Positions 1 through 12,912 of a stretch of 64,000 bases of DNA are shown here, one piece after another. The stretch covers positions 30,290 to 94,289 of the forward strand of contig NW_005201613.1 of NCBI RefSeq assembly GCF_000372725.1, read 5' to 3'. The notes under the pieces were generated by a model that made no database searches, was not told the DNA's origin, and saw nothing but the letters and a program-made list of their open reading frames with translations. Position numbers and translations under genes: made by a program. This DNA comes from Emiliania huxleyi CCMP1516. Lineage: Eukaryota. How positions within the stretch are numbered: position 1 is the first letter of the stretch; each line of letters begins with the position of its first letter.

Positions 1-69
1 TTGTACGACTGGGTCGTCGTAGAGTCTATACGTTCCGCGATTTACTTAGTGATTTCACTGTGAATTCGC

Positions 70-198
70 GCTCTACATCGCTCTACAACGCAGGCAGTCC
101 GTCCCGCGCCGGACGTAGAGCTCTACAGCTCTACAGCGCTCTACAGCTCTACAGCTCTACAGCGCTCTACATTCTACATCCTCTGCACCCTCCCTCAG
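70..198 (+). repeat. (CTCTACAG)n-like short tandem repeat ending CACCCTCCCTCAG; probable terminus of a repetitive element
   Basis: Repeated ctctacag/ctctacat units read directly; the element-terminus reading is inference. Confidence 0.6.
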
Positions 199-459
199 TC
201 AGGCCCCCACACCCCAGGATAATACTTTTTCTCCCAATACTGCAACAACACTCTCTCCCAATAATACTGCCGTTATTAGGCTCAAACCGCCTCTGAGAAC
301 ATATATGTAAGTCTGGTGCACTGACTGGCCATACTCGCATACCGGCCTCCGGCGTCTACCGAACAAGTCGTGAGTACCGGGGTGTGAAGGGCAGGCGAGT
401 CATGGCGCGCGCGCTGTGCAGCAACGCAGCAGCCGCAGAGCAGTGATCAGATACGGCAC

Positions 460-3400
460 ATGGCGGAGGCCGAGTCGGACGACTCTCGCCACCGTGCCAA
501 GGTGTACTGCCTCAACAGCAACGGCCAGTGGGACGATCGGGGGACCGGCCACGCGGCAGTGCAATACTCGCCGGTACGCACACTCTCACCTAGGGGGGAT
601 CCAGGGCGCGGGGTCGCTGCCGCGAGTCGGCTCCTGGCTGTGCTCGTCGGTCGCGCGCGAGTCGGCTCCTGGCTGTGCTCGTCGGCCGCGGCGGCCGGCG
701 CAGCGATCCTGGCTCACGCTCGCCGCTCTCGCGCGCAGGAGGACGAGGCGGCCTTTGTCGTCGTCGTCAGCGAGGATGACGGCAGCCAGGTGCTGCTGCA
801 GGCGCGGGTGCACATGGAGGACATCTACCAGCGGCAGCAAGGCGCGGCCCTCTCGTGCCGGCGCCGGCGCACCCTCCCCCTATGCACCGACCGCGTGCCC
901 TCTGCCTGCGCCGCAGAGACGATTGTCTCCTGGAACGAGCCAGAGACGGGCGTGGACTACGCGCTGAGCTTTCAAGACGTGCGCGCGTCACCGGATGCCT
1001 CCTCGCGCACAGCCACGCTCAGCGCCTGGCCCATAGACTCGCTCGCTCTCGGCGCCGGCCCGTTGATCACGTGCGGTGCCCGTAAATCAGGCGGAGGGTT
1101 GCACGGACCTCTGGGAGCAAATCTGCTCGCTGCAGGGCCGTGAGCCGGACGGCGCGGGCGGCACGAGCGACGCCGAAGGGGCGAGCAGCACGGCGGGCAG
1201 CGCCGGCGCCGACACAGCGCTGCAGCTGCCGGCTGCCGAGCTGCGCAATGTCGCAGCAATCGCCGACCTTCTAAGCGAGGTGGCGCGCGCCCCGCCGCTG
1301 CCTCGCTCTGCGCGCGCGGGTGGCCGAGAGCTCAGCACTCACCGACGAGGACTCACCGACGGGGGGAGGGTGGGCGGCAGAAGCGGCGTGGGGGGGGGGG
1401 GCGAGGGGCCCCCGTCGCCCCGCGCTGTGCCCAGCTCGCGTGCGTTCGCGAGCTCGCGCTCGCGCAGGCCCTCTCCGGATCGCCTTTGCCCACCGCCACC
1501 GCCACTTGGCTCCCTCCGCCAGGTGCCGCCGTTCCGGCGAGCGCGCCTCGTTGAGTTGCTGCTGCAGTCGGACTACGTGCCGCAGCTGGTGCGCGTCTTC
1601 GGTGCCGCCGCCGCCGCCGCCCGCTCTCGGAGACAGCGGCGCGCGGCGCCTCATCCCGACCGCCGCGTCGCAGGCGTGGCCGAGGACCTCGAGTGCACCG
1701 ACGATCTGCATCACCTCTGTGCGCGCCGCCGCGCCCGCCGCCGCGCCCGCCCCGTTCCACGCCCCGTTCCACGCCGTTTGCGCACCGCCCGGGGGGTGAG
1801 GAGACATTGTTTCCCTGTTGGCATGACCCACTGGCTCTGCCACCCGTGATTCATCCAAACTAACCNNNNNNNNNNNNNNNNNNNNNNNNNNNNNNNNNNN
1901 NNNNNNNNNNNNNNNNNNNNNNNNNNNNNNNNNNNNNNNNNNNNNNNNNNNNNNNNNNNNNNNNNNNNNNNNNNNNNNNNNNNNNNNNNNNNNNNNNNNN
2001 NNNNNNNNNNNNNNNNNNNNNNNNNNNNNNNNNNNNNNNNNNNNNNNNNNNNNNNNNNNNNNNNNNNNNNNNNNNNNNNNNNNNNNNNNNNNNNNNNNNN
2101 NNNNNNNNNNNNNNNNNNNNNNNNNNNNNNNNNNNNNNNNNNNNNNNNNNNNNNNNNNNNNNNNNNNNNNNNNNNNNNNNNNNNNNNNNNNNNNNNNNNN
2201 NNNNNNNNNNNNNNNNNNNNNNNNNNNNNNNNNNNNNNNNNNNNNNNNNNNNNNNNNNNNNNNNNNNNNNNNNNNNNNNNNNNNNNNNNNNNNNNNNNNN
2301 NNNNNNNNNNNNNNNNNNNNNNNNNNNNNNNNNNNNNNNNNNNNNNNNNNNNNNNNNNNNNTCGACGACAACGCCTTTGCCGCCCTCAATCAGATCGCCT
2401 TCAGCAACAACATGCAGATCGTCTCGTCGCTCGCAAACGACGAGACCTTCCTGCAGTCGCTCCGCGACAAGCTCGCCGACCCCAGCCTCTCCTCCGAGGC
2501 GCTGCACGACGCGCTGCGGCTCCTGCAGGAGCTGACGACCATCGCCAAGCAGCTGCAGCTGTACAACCGCTCGACCTTCTACCGGAAGTTTGTCGAGCAC
2601 GCGTGCTTCGCGCCGCTCGCCGCGGCGCTGCGGCGGCCCGAGCCCGAGATACGGCTCTGTGCGCTCGAGGCGCGTGCCCTCCCTCCCTGCCGGCCTCCGA
2701 CCCTGCAGCGCCGCCCTCGCCACCCACCCCTTCGCCCACCCCACCCCGAACGACCACCCCGAACGACCACCCCGCGCCCGCCCGCCGCAAGGTGCTGCTC
2801 GCCTCGACGCAGCACGAGCCGGCGCTGCTGCGCACTTGCATCCTCTCGCAGCGGCCCGGCTACGAGCTCTGCCACGCGCTGATTGGCGTGCTCGTCTCGC
2901 CGGGCGGCACTGGCGAGAAGCCGCAGGCCTCGGAGGTGCTGCGCGCGCTGCTCGACCCAGACGCGATGGAGGGGCGCGAACGCGACGAGTTCCTCAACCT
3001 GTTCTACGACGAGTTCGTGGACAAGATTGCGCAGCCCGTCGCCGGCAAGGTGTCCGCCGGCACGGGGCCGCTCAACGGGCCGACGAATGGGACGTCGGGC
3101 GCGCGCGGCGGCGAGGGAGGGGCGGGGAGCGCGGAGGGGGACGACCCGGCGGAGGAGGCGGCGGGCGACGTGCTCTCGGCGCGGCAGCACGTGTGCGAGC
3201 TGCTGTGCTTCTTTGTGACGCGGCACACGTACCGAATCAAGTACTTCATCCTGCGCAACAACGTGCTCTGCCGCGTGCTGCGGCTGGCAAAGGTACGCGA
3301 CAAGGGGCTCGTGCTGGCGGCGATCCGGTTCTTCCGCACGTGCATCGGGCTGAAGGACGAGTTCTACAACCGGTACATCGTCAAGAACCGCTGCTTCGAG

Positions 3401-4166
3401 CCGGTGGTCGCGCAGCTGCTCGCCAACCTCGGCCGTGACAACCTGGTCCACTCGGCCATCCTCGAGCTGCTTGAGTTTGTGCGGCGCGAGAATGTGCGCT
3501 CGCTCGTAGCCCACCTGGCCGACGCGTACGGCGAGCGGTTCCGGACGCTCAAGCACGTTGAGGTCTTTGAGGGGCTGCTGCGGCGCGACGCGCAAAACAA
3601 CGACCCCGGCGCGATCGGCCCCGCCAAAGGGCCGGCGGCGGGCGGGCCGGGCGCGTCGAGCTGCGCGGTGGGCGCGCCGCCGGGCGGGCGGCGCGTCTTC
3701 GGGGGANNNNNNNNNNNNNNNNNNNNNNNNNNNNNNNNNNNNNNNNNNNNNNNNNNNNNNNNNNNNNNNNNNNNNNNNNNNNNNNNNNNNNNNNNNNNNN
3801 NNNNNNNNNNNNNNNNNNNNNNNNNNNNNNNNNNNNNNNNNNNNNNNNNNNNNNNNNNNNNNNNNNNNNNNNNNNNNNNNNNNNNNNNNNNNNNNNNNNN
3901 NNNNNNNNNNNNNNNNNNNNNNNNNNNNNNNNNNNNNNNNNNNNNNNNNNNNNNNNNNNNNNNNNNNNNNNNNNNNNNNNNNNNNNNNNNNNNNNNNNNN
4001 NNNNNNNNNNNNNNNNNNNNNNNNNNNNNNNNNNNNNNNNNNNNNNNNNNNNNNNNNNNNNNNNNNNNNNNNGAGGAAACGGCAGCGGCTCGACCCATCG
4101 CCGGCGGAGGGGGAGCAGCAGCAGCAGCAGCAGCATCAGCAGCAGCAGCAGCAGCAGCAGCAGTAG
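460..4166 (+). CDS. PPP4R3: Protein phosphatase 4 regulatory subunit 3 (SMEK/PSY2), multi-exon, spans two N-gaps
   Basis: N-terminal EVH1/PH-like RAKVYCLNSNGQWDDRGTGH, then IYQRQQ|ETIVSWNE..DYALSFQD|AEGCTDLWEQI. Later QHVCELLCFFVTRHTYRIKYFILRNN, LAAIRFFRTCIGLKDEFYNRYI and RDNLVHSAILELLEFVR are typical of SMEK. The last exon RKRQRLDP..polyQ stopping at 4166 is inferred across the gap. Confidence 0.93.
1866..2361. other. Assembly gap (N run)
   Basis: Ns in sequence. Confidence 1.
3707..4072. other. Assembly gap (N run)
   Basis: Ns in sequence. Confidence 1.
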
Positions 4167-4183
4167 CGGCAGCAGTAGCAGCA
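4114..4183 (+). repeat. (CAG)n trinucleotide repeat encoding C-terminal polyQ
   Basis: Direct reading. Confidence 0.95.
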
Positions 4184-7175
4184 GGGCGGGGCCGTCTGCC
4201 GAGGACGTTTTGTGCGAGGTCATGCCCGCACCAGTCACCGGCGGGGTTTGCCGAGCGGTGTTGCGGCGTGCCGCGCCGGTCGCTCCAGCGCGGCCTCCAC
4301 TGCACGGGGGACGGGGGCCTGTCTACGAGTCACCCCCGGTCATCAAGCCTTGAGTGAACCTCTCGCGTTTCCCTCGGAGTGGGCGGTGGGTATTTTCTGC
4401 ACACTCTGCAAACATCGGGCCCCTGGGGTAGGGGGCCCACAGCGCCCCAAAACCCACCAGTGTGTGCTGTGTGGAGTGTGGGATTTCGCGCAATCGCTTG
4501 ACGACTTGACTCTGAAAAGCTCGCATATTCTTCGAGGTTCACCTCGGAAGCCCTGATAAATGAAAAACGCGTGCCGTGCCGCGCCGAGACCGCAACTCGA
4601 GCGAGCCCAAACAGGGCCGTGCCGCTCCTCTCCACCGTGATGCTCCTCGCCATCATCGTCACCACGACGTGTCAGCTGCGGACGCAGCGGGCGTCGCCCG
4701 CGACATGCGCACGTAGCCCGACAACACTCAAACGCTCTGCAAGCCGCGGGCGGCTCCAACTGTCAATGTCGTCTCGCATTACCGGTACGCGGGCCTGGCT
4801 GCTCTCTCTCTCCCCCCACTCCCCATCGAGACTGAGCCCCCGGTGAGCACGGGCTGCGGCGCGACCCTTGCCGTCCCCGCACGCAGGTCACCATGGCTGC
4901 ATCAGAGCTGCTTTGTCGTGCGCACTCGAGCAGCGCTGCGACGCTTTCTTAATGCCCGCAACCCACTGTAAAGGGCACCTATACCACCCAAGACAGCTTG
5001 GAGAGCTCCCGGTAACGCAACATTTCGTAACGATGGTCGCTAAACGACAGCTATTGGCCATCTGCCTCCTGCAGCCTCTGTTGGGGCGGAATGCGCGGGG
5101 TTTTCGGCGCGATGCCTCCGGCTAGTACACGGTACTGCTCTGCCGCAAACTCTCCTGCGCTCGCGTGACGTGTGGGGCGCGTGCACTGCGCTCGAAAGTC
5201 GCGATTTGGCAATAGGCGCTCGAGCCGGCGCGCAGTGGAGGGGGCGCCGCGCAGGGGGATCGGGGGGGGCGAGAGGGGGCGTGGGTCGGGCGCGCACCGG
5301 CCGGCTCCGAGAGCGGCCGTCACGTCGAAGAGGGGGGCTGGTGCTGCTCGAATGACGAGGCGTGCCGCTCTGCTGCGCCGCCGATAGCCCCTCTTCCGAG
5401 CCGGCGCGTGGCGGCGAGCCGCGGCCAGTATCGCTGGTGCGGTGGAGGCGGCAGCTTGCATCGGCCGGCAGCGGGTGCGGCCATCACGTCGATGAGGGGG
5501 GGTTGTCGGCGATTCGTGTGGCTCGAGGCCTACGCTGCGCCGCCCAAGCCCTACTGCCGATCCAGCGCCTGTCGTTTGGGGCGAGCCGCGGTCGTCGTCG
5601 CTGATGGTATATGGCGGCGGCGGCGGCGGCTCGCCCTTCCCTCCGGCCGCAATTCCGATCCCGCCGCGCTCGCGGGAGGTGGCGCGCCCACCGCGGCACG
5701 GCCGTGGCTGCGCATACACCTTACGCCCTTTCTCCTCAACGGCTATCCGTGCTTGCTGTGCCCCTGCGTGGTGTGTTTCAAGTTCTTACAACCCAAGGTG
5801 ATAGAGGGCAAAAAGATCGATTGCGCTCTTGCCGATCCGCACCTACCTAGGCTCTTGGTAGGCCGGTCGGACCCGATTTTATTAAATTTTCAAGTTTAAG
5901 CGCAGACCTCAAGACTTGAACGCAAGCATGTTCAGGCCATCTAGAGTGCCGAACAACATCGCACCGGTTCGGTTCGCGCATCACGGCCGCGCAAACTGGC
6001 TGCACTGCGGCGCGAGGCTCAGCGGGGCGTCCGGACCACTGACTCGGGCGATGTGGTGGTCGAGCGCAGCCTTCTTGAGCTGGAGAGCCGCCGCAGTATG
6101 CGCGGTGGATGGGACGTCGGCCAAACCGCGACGCGCAAGCTGCAGGGAGGAGCTACAGCGGCTCCTCTCCTCATGCTGGTTCGCCAAACCGAGACGTTGA
6201 GGTCCTCGTACACTCATGTCGCGCCTCGAGTAAGAGCCATCACGCTGCCCAGCGCTGGACCGTCGTAAGGTCCGGCCTTAGGCCAGCTCGCAGCACTGTA
6301 TGAACTCACGCTGGCGAGCACCATCCCAGGATGAGGCCTTCAAGAGCGCGCGCCAGGGACGTCCGTATGGCAAAATCGGCGTGAATTCGCTATGACGCTT
6401 CCAACCCATCAAGAGCGGGCTCAGAAGAGACGATACTAACCCAGGATCACCAGGGCACCTTAGGGTATCGAAATTTTCCACCCCCCCACCCCCTCCCGCT
6501 CCCCCGGCCCGCGCCTCTCCCCCTAACTAACACACGCACCACCGCTGACACCCTCACCAGGCCTCTCCCCCCGCCTCGCCGCTCTCGCGGTGCAAGCCGA
6601 CTCCTGGCGACCGTCCTGGTCAGCGGCCCTTGCCAGGACGGTCCGAGCGCCGCGCTCGCTCCGGTGAGCGAGCACTACAGTAGCACACCGCACCTGCACC
6701 GCCTGTAGTGGCACCGGCACCAGCCTCCCCAGCCCCGCCTCTCCAACGTCTCACTCGCCACCCTGCTCGCTGCCGCCCCGCCCGTCGCCACTGCCACTAA
6801 TCTGCCGCTCCGCAGCCCGCTCCACCTTCCCGCCCGCAGCGCCTCCCGTGCCGACGCAGCCTAGAGACAACAGAGCTGGGTCAATATCACCGCGGGAACG
6901 CCTCCTCTCGACGTGGGACAGAGCCTCCTCCACAACGTCGAGAGAGCGACGGCCAGCGTGGCGCGGCGCAACGTCGCGCGGCAGTGGCCGCAGTGGCTCG
7001 AGGCGGGCAGCGCCGGCGACAACGAACGCGGAGCGCGCGGCGACAGCGGTGGCGAGAGCCGAGGGACGTGACTACACCCTCGAGCGCCGTGCGCGCGCAA
7101 CCTCGTCAGCCAACCACGCGCCGCACCAGCGCCGCGAGCGACGCCTCGAGGCACAACGTGCAGCCGCCGCATCCC

Positions 7176-7209
<34 letters not shown>

Positions 7210-8214
7210 TGCCTCGCTCCACGGCGGCGGCGGCGCCGCCGCCGCAGACTGTAAGCACCAACAGCCGGCGGCTCGGCACGCGGCGGCCGCCTCCGGCCTG
7301 GGGGCGCGTCGGCAGCGCGGCGCGCCACCTCGCTGCTCGACACGCGCCGGACCTGTCATGCGCGGCTGCGCCACCGCTTCCTCGTGCGGCGCCGTCGCCG
7401 CCGCCACGCCGGCCGCCTGCTGTGAGCGCCGCGCTGCTCGGCCGCACCCGCCCGTGCCGGCCGCAGCTGCTCTGCCGTCAGCGCCGTCGCCGTCACGGGC
7501 CAAGCCGCCGTTGTCGCCGCAGCCACGCCCGTCGGCCTCGCTGCCGCCGGTCCAGCATGGCTGACATCGCCACTACCACGGCACCGGGCAGGGTGAGGCG
7601 CTAGAGGGTGAAGGGTGCATAGAGGCGAGGTGAGGCGGCACCTAGGGGCAGTGACCCCCGTGAGCCGGCAAGCCGACGCGCCACTACCGGGCAAGATGGA
7701 GGCCGAGCTGCGACCCTCACAGCTCTCGCGGCATGCGTCCAGAGCTCGATTCATCTGCCTCGCCGCTCGCTCGCCGCCTTTGTGGGACCTAAAGAGAGAG
7801 GTTCTGAGCCGTCGGGCGGCGCTGATGGTGGCCCGCGTGGGTGGAGCCCGCGGCAGCTAGGCCGCCTGGGCGCGGGGGGGGTGGTCCGGTGCTTCAGAGG
7901 CAGCGTGAGCGACGGGGGGGGCGAAGGATGTGAGGCGGCTCGCCTGCAGCGCCCACCTGCTGGGCCGTCTGGATCTGCGATTACGCCTCGGGAAATGCGA
8001 GATCATCCAGAAAATGTCTGCAGACCTCAAACCGATGGCCTCAAAAAGTCGTTGTCAGCCACCGATTTTCCGTGTCGCCCGACCCGCCACCTCACCGGCC
8101 CGGCGTTCGGAGGCGTAAAATCTTGGTCGGCCGTTGGGCCGGTGCCATCGGCCGCGGTCGAGTCGACCGTGCCCCGTCTTGGGCACGATGGACATGTGAC
8201 CGGCTCCGGTCAAG

Positions 8215-9585
8215 ATGTGCCCCGGCATGGCGGATGAGGCTCTCAGGTTGGGCGACGCGAGCGCCGAGAAGGTGGAGCAAGACCTCGCGTCCCACATGGG
8301 CTTGCTCGGTTGGCAGGGTTGGATTTGGGTTCTTTGTGATGCGCCAACTTCAACTTCCGGAACGGCTGCGGCATTGGCCGCGCCCCTGCGCGGCCTGGCG
8401 TCTGCGCCAGGCTGCGCTGGCACAACGGACAGGGTCACTTCTTTTTCCGACACTCTCCGCCCCGCCTGCAGCGCGACAACGGCTTCATCATCTTCATCAG
8501 CGGCCTTCATCCATGCCTACCGGCCTCCTGACCCTTTGAGTGTCGGGCCTTGCGGCGTGATATGCGCCCGCGGATACGCCACAATCTGGCCCGCCGGATA
8601 CGACGAACCCTGCCTCCTCGATGGGGCAGCGATTCGGCTGCTGCTGGCGTCGGCGATGGCGACAGTGCGGGCGTATGAGGACATCGAGGCGCGTCGCGGC
8701 CGGGATGGTGGCGATGTCCGGGACGTGCGCTGCTGCCGGGACGTGCGCTCCTGGGCGGAAGTCTGCGCGGCGGCTCGCGAGAGGGAGTTCAAGATCTTGG
8801 CTCGCGATTCGGTTCGCGCGGCGGCGGCTCGCGCGGCGGCTCGCGCGGCGGCGGCTCGCGCGGCGGCGGAGGCGGCGGCAGAGGTGGCTGAGGCGGCGAA
8901 GGAGGAGGAGCCCGAAACGGGCAGCGGGGAGGCTGCGGCATTGGCCGCGCCCCTGCGCGGCCTGGCGTCTGCGCCAGGCTGCGCTGGCACAACGGACAGG
9001 GTCACTTCTTTTTTCGACACTCTCCGCCCCGCTTGCAACGCGACAACGGCTTCATCACCTTCATCATCCTCGACATCCATCGCCGGTGCGGCGGCCGGCG
9101 AGGCCGCGGCGGCGGCGCCGGCGTTGACCAAGAGCGCTAGGAAGCGGCTCAAGGAGAAGGCGAGGAAGGGGCGGCGCGCTGCAGAGGCGGCGGGCGAGCC
9201 GGAGGTGGCGCCATCGCCGGCGCCGCCGCCGGTGTTCAAGACGCTCAGGGAGAAGAAGGCGGCTCAGGCGTCAGCGGAGGGCTGGGCGGCGGAGGTGGCG
9301 AGGGCCGAGGAGCTCTACGAGGAGCTGCGCGAGCGCGCGCCCCAGCACTGCCGCCGTGGCGGCAAGTGGGCGCGCGAGAAGTTCGTGATGGCGGTGCAGG
9401 GAGAGTTCCCGCGCGCGCGAGGGGCAGGCGTTCCCAAGGGGACGGTCCTGTGCCTCGGCAGGGTGCTCGACGCGCACGATGAGCAGGATGACGCGGAGGG
9501 TGGGCACCGGGACTGGGAGGAGGACCCGCTCGGGTTCGACACCAACCCGATGCTGCTCCGCGCCATGTGCATGGCGTTCGAGTGA
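8215..9585 (+). CDS. Hypothetical low-complexity protein with an internal ~135-bp duplication
   Basis: 456-aa ORF; AAALAAPLRGLASAPGCAGTTDRVTSFxDTLRPAC occurs twice (8363-~8497 and 8931-~9066). No domain recognised. Confidence 0.45.
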   Translation: MCPGMADEALRLGDASAEKVEQDLASHMGLLGWQGWIWVLCDAPTSTSGTAAALAAPLRGLASAPGCAGTTDRVTSFSDTLRPACSATTASSSSSAAFIHAYRPPDPLSVGPCGVICARGYATIWPAGYDEPCLLDGAAIRLLLASAMATVRAYEDIEARRGRDGGDVRDVRCCRDVRSWAEVCAAAREREFKILARDSVRAAAARAAARAAAARAAAEAAAEVAEAAKEEEPETGSGEAAALAAPLRGLASAPGCAGTTDRVTSFFDTLRPACNATTASSPSSSSTSIAGAAAGEAAAAAPALTKSARKRLKEKARKGRRAAEAAGEPEVAPSPAPPPVFKTLREKKAAQASAEGWAAEVARAEELYEELRERAPQHCRRGGKWAREKFVMAVQGEFPRARGAGVPKGTVLCLGRVLDAHDEQDDAEGGHRDWEEDPLGFDTNPMLLRAMCMAFE

Positions 9586-9775
9586 ACGCCGTGCAGGCAG
9601 CCTGTGCCTTTTGGTGTACCCCGTTTGTACCGCGTCCTGTGCCCCCGAGTTCATTTAATAAAAACGACTCAAAGGGGCCCAAAGACGGGGGAGCGACCGG
9701 CCTACTCTTGGGTGGCGCGCCCCAGCTCTTCACAACGGCTGGTTTCTGGGATCTCGGCTTCAACAACCGAGCTCG

Positions 9776-11299
9776 ATGCTGGACCCACCGCAGTCCCGCC
9801 AACTCCCGTCGACGGTCCAACTGTTCGTGCTCGGCGTGATCGCCTTCCTCGCGCTCGGCGCAACATCGCCCTCCTCGCTCCTCGTCGACGAGAGGAGCAG
9901 CGTTCGCCACCCAGTGGTGGTCGTGGGCCCACTCATAGGACAGACGCTGCAAGTCAACGATGCGCGATGGCTCAACCCGTGCAGTCCGTGGACGCCAACG
10001 TGGACGACGGCGTGGGTGAACTTGGACAAGCTGGCCGCAGTTTGTGCGTTTCACAGTTCCCACGCGCAGCTGGGACTCACCTTTGACCCGACGACGAACC
10101 GCACCAAGTCTCCGGAGCATGTCCAGGTGAGGGTTGCCGAGGGTTGGGATGGCTTGACGGTTTACGGGTTTGAGTTGTACGGCAACCTAACCCAACGGCT
10201 GGAATCCGAAGGGTTTGTCAGAGACGTCGATATCCTCCCGATGGGCTACGACTGGCGGCTATCCGTAGCCGACTGGGAGCAAGAAGCCTTCCCTCGCTTC
10301 TTCAGGACAATCTCAGACGCGGTGTCGAAGAATGGTCAGCCGGTTGTGCTGACTGGCGTTTCGATGGCGGCTCCGTTCACGCACGCGTTCCTGAGATGGG
10401 CAAACGCAAAGCGCGGGGGCAAGAGTTGGGTGCAAAAGAACGTGCACGCCTTCGTGCCGGTCGCAGGCCCCTTCAATGGCGCAGTTAATGCCCTTTCCGC
10501 ACTGATGGGCGGCGTCGCCTTTGCCTACACGCCGCCGGGCCAGGCAGGCGCTACCAAGTTCACGTGCCCCTTGTGCGACCCACCTATGGCCGAGCAGGTG
10601 AGCGAGGAACACTTTGTGATAAAAGTCGTGGACGGGTTTGGGGCTGTACTGAAGGAGCTGCTCATGGATTGGCTCCTCACGGACATCACGCGGCTCCTCC
10701 GCGAGTTTCCATCCTTGTACTGGATGTCGCCGGGCGTGGACGACTCCATACCCAACAGAAGCTACGTCACGCTCCAACATGGGCCATGGGCGCAGCCAGA
10801 AGAGATCAAGGCTTCCGGCCTGCCATCTCTGTTCAGGAGGCTGCTCATGGACGACGAGGCGGAGCGGATGAAATATGCCTTGTCCGTCGGGTCGACCGAA
10901 GATCCTGGTGTCCCGACGCACTGCATTTACAGCCATAACGTGCGCACGTTTTCCCACCTCACTTTCCCCGCAGGGGGGGTCTTCGCAGACATCGGAGCTT
11001 CGGTCGAAATCGGAGATGGCGACGGGACGGTCCATTCTGACAGTCTGTCCGTCTGCGAGCGTTGGAAGAGCACTGTCAAGGTCTACAAACTGCCAGGTGT
11101 GCATCACGGATCTGAGGTGATCATCGGGCAAGTCCATGATGTCATTGTGGGTGTAGCCAAGGGTGATGACGCAGCGCTCGACGCGTGGACGTCACCAGCT
11201 TTTGTGGACTTGGATGTGCCGCGAGACGGAGTGACCAATGCGACTATCCTGGATGAGTGGCAGGCCAATCTGGTCGTGGCGCTCAAAGAGGACGCCTAG
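9776..11299 (+). CDS. LCAT/lysosomal phospholipase A2 (PLA2G15)-family alpha/beta hydrolase, single exon
   Basis: Hydrophobic N-terminus, PVVVVGPLIGQTLQ, GYDWR, VVLTGVSMAA (nucleophile Ser), GVPTHCIYS, GDGDGTV (catalytic Asp), GVHH (His). Confidence 0.9.
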   Translation: MLDPPQSRQLPSTVQLFVLGVIAFLALGATSPSSLLVDERSSVRHPVVVVGPLIGQTLQVNDARWLNPCSPWTPTWTTAWVNLDKLAAVCAFHSSHAQLGLTFDPTTNRTKSPEHVQVRVAEGWDGLTVYGFELYGNLTQRLESEGFVRDVDILPMGYDWRLSVADWEQEAFPRFFRTISDAVSKNGQPVVLTGVSMAAPFTHAFLRWANAKRGGKSWVQKNVHAFVPVAGPFNGAVNALSALMGGVAFAYTPPGQAGATKFTCPLCDPPMAEQVSEEHFVIKVVDGFGAVLKELLMDWLLTDITRLLREFPSLYWMSPGVDDSIPNRSYVTLQHGPWAQPEEIKASGLPSLFRRLLMDDEAERMKYALSVGSTEDPGVPTHCIYSHNVRTFSHLTFPAGGVFADIGASVEIGDGDGTVHSDSLSVCERWKSTVKVYKLPGVHHGSEVIIGQVHDVIVGVAKGDDAALDAWTSPAFVDLDVPRDGVTNATILDEWQANLVVALKEDA

Positions 11300-11829
11300 C
11301 AGTCCCACCCCAGATAACCCAAGACCAATCCGCCGCCCCGCCGGATCCGCCGCCGTCGGTGTCGGCGCTCCTCCGAGATCTCGCCTTCGTCGCCGTGACA
11401 TCCGCATGCTGCTGACACCGCCGCCCGTACTCTCTTCTCTCTCCTACCCTTTGGCCAGGCGGGGGCGTGCATTCGCTCTCCACTAGTTGGCCGTGGCGGT
11501 GGCCGCGCGTACTCTCGCGTTCTCGGCTCCCACGCTCTGCCATGTGCGCGTCGTGGACTCTTGGCCTGTCTGGTCTGGTCTCTCTCCTGGGCACTGGGCT
11601 CTGCTTCTGGTCTGCAGATCTGCCGCGGTCTGCGCGCGCACATGCATGTCACAGAGCGCGCGTGCCTGTGCCTTTTTTGGTGTTATCTAGCACAGCGCGT
11701 TACGAGAAATATGCTACCATGTGTTGGTGGTGATGCCTGAATGGTGTGTGTACTTTTTATTTGAAAACGACAGAGGAGCCCCGCGCACCGGCCGCATTAT
11801 CAGTGCAAGGCCCAGTGCGCGTGGGTGAC

Positions 11830-12285
11830 ATCGAAGGCCATGCCGACGGCGGATTTGCTGTCGCAGTTGATGATGCTGGCGCCGTCGATGGAAAATCCAA
11901 GGTCGATCAGTAGCTCACGGATGAAAATCACCTCCTTGGCGGCTAGCATGGCGCCGAAGAATTCTGCCTCGGCGCTAGATAGTGTGACGGAACGCTGCAT
12001 TTTGGAGAACCAGTGGAATAGGCATCCGTAGAAGAAGAACATGCCACCGGAGCAAGAGAATCTCGTCGCCCAGTTCGAATCGACGTAGCTTTCAAGGTTG
12101 CGGTCGGGGTTCGGCTGCATGACGAGGGCGCGGTCAGCTGTGTCGCGCACGTAGATTAGCACCCGAATGGCGGCTTTAAAATGCGACGGGCCTGGGTTGG
12201 TCATAAAGCGAGCGAGCTGAGATGCGGAATAAGCGATGTCGACGCGCGTCATGTTGGCAAGCCACAGTAGTCCGCCGACGATGGC
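11830..12285 (-). mobile_element. Ty1/copia LTR-retrotransposon RT-RNaseH fragment
   Basis: VGGLLWLANMTRVDIAYSASQLARF, ESYVDSNWA, WFSKMQRSVTLSSAEAEF and CDSKSA are classic copia RT/RNaseH motifs; truncated on both sides. Confidence 0.92.
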
Positions 12286-12912
12286 ACCCTCCACATGTTG
12301 AGTGCGTTGATGACCGTTGAGCGTTGTGGCTTGCCCGTTGTTGCTTGGTCGGTTGGTGGGGCGCCGCACACGGACCCGGCCTGCGCCTGGCGCCTGCGGC
12401 CTGGCGCCGGCCTCCCCGGGAACCCCGCCGAAAGTGCGCGTTTGCCCGGACAAGAGACGAGCGGCTTCTTCGGGCCAGACTATGTTCACAACGGTGGGAG
12501 GCCAACCTCCTGTCTGCTCATAGCCGCAGCCACTCCCAGCTGCTCGGTGTGAACAGAGTTCGTACACCGAGCAGCAGGGAGCAAGACCGAGGCCCTCGCG
12601 CCTCGGTGTTCACAGCGGAGTGGCTGGGGCTTACCAGACAGGCCAACCTCTAGCCATGCGAACCAAAAAGACAAAAAATATACATCCAAAGGCGGGTGCT
12701 GTCGACTAAGGGACAATCTTGTCTTTCCACTTTCGGCCCGCAGCCGAACTTGTCATGGGACACCACGCTCGGAATCCAACAGCGTACTCCTTGGGTAATA
12801 ATTAATTTTTTTTGAGCTAGCCTTCGATGTTATGAAAACCACCGCGGCCGACTTTTTTCTTTTTGGACTGGCCGGCCACTCATGGTGGTGAACTAGAACG
12901 CCACCCTTGAGG

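Noticed and set aside
6848..7860. Multiple long overlapping ORFs
   Set aside because: Low-complexity GCC-rich sequence with few stops and no recognisable domain.
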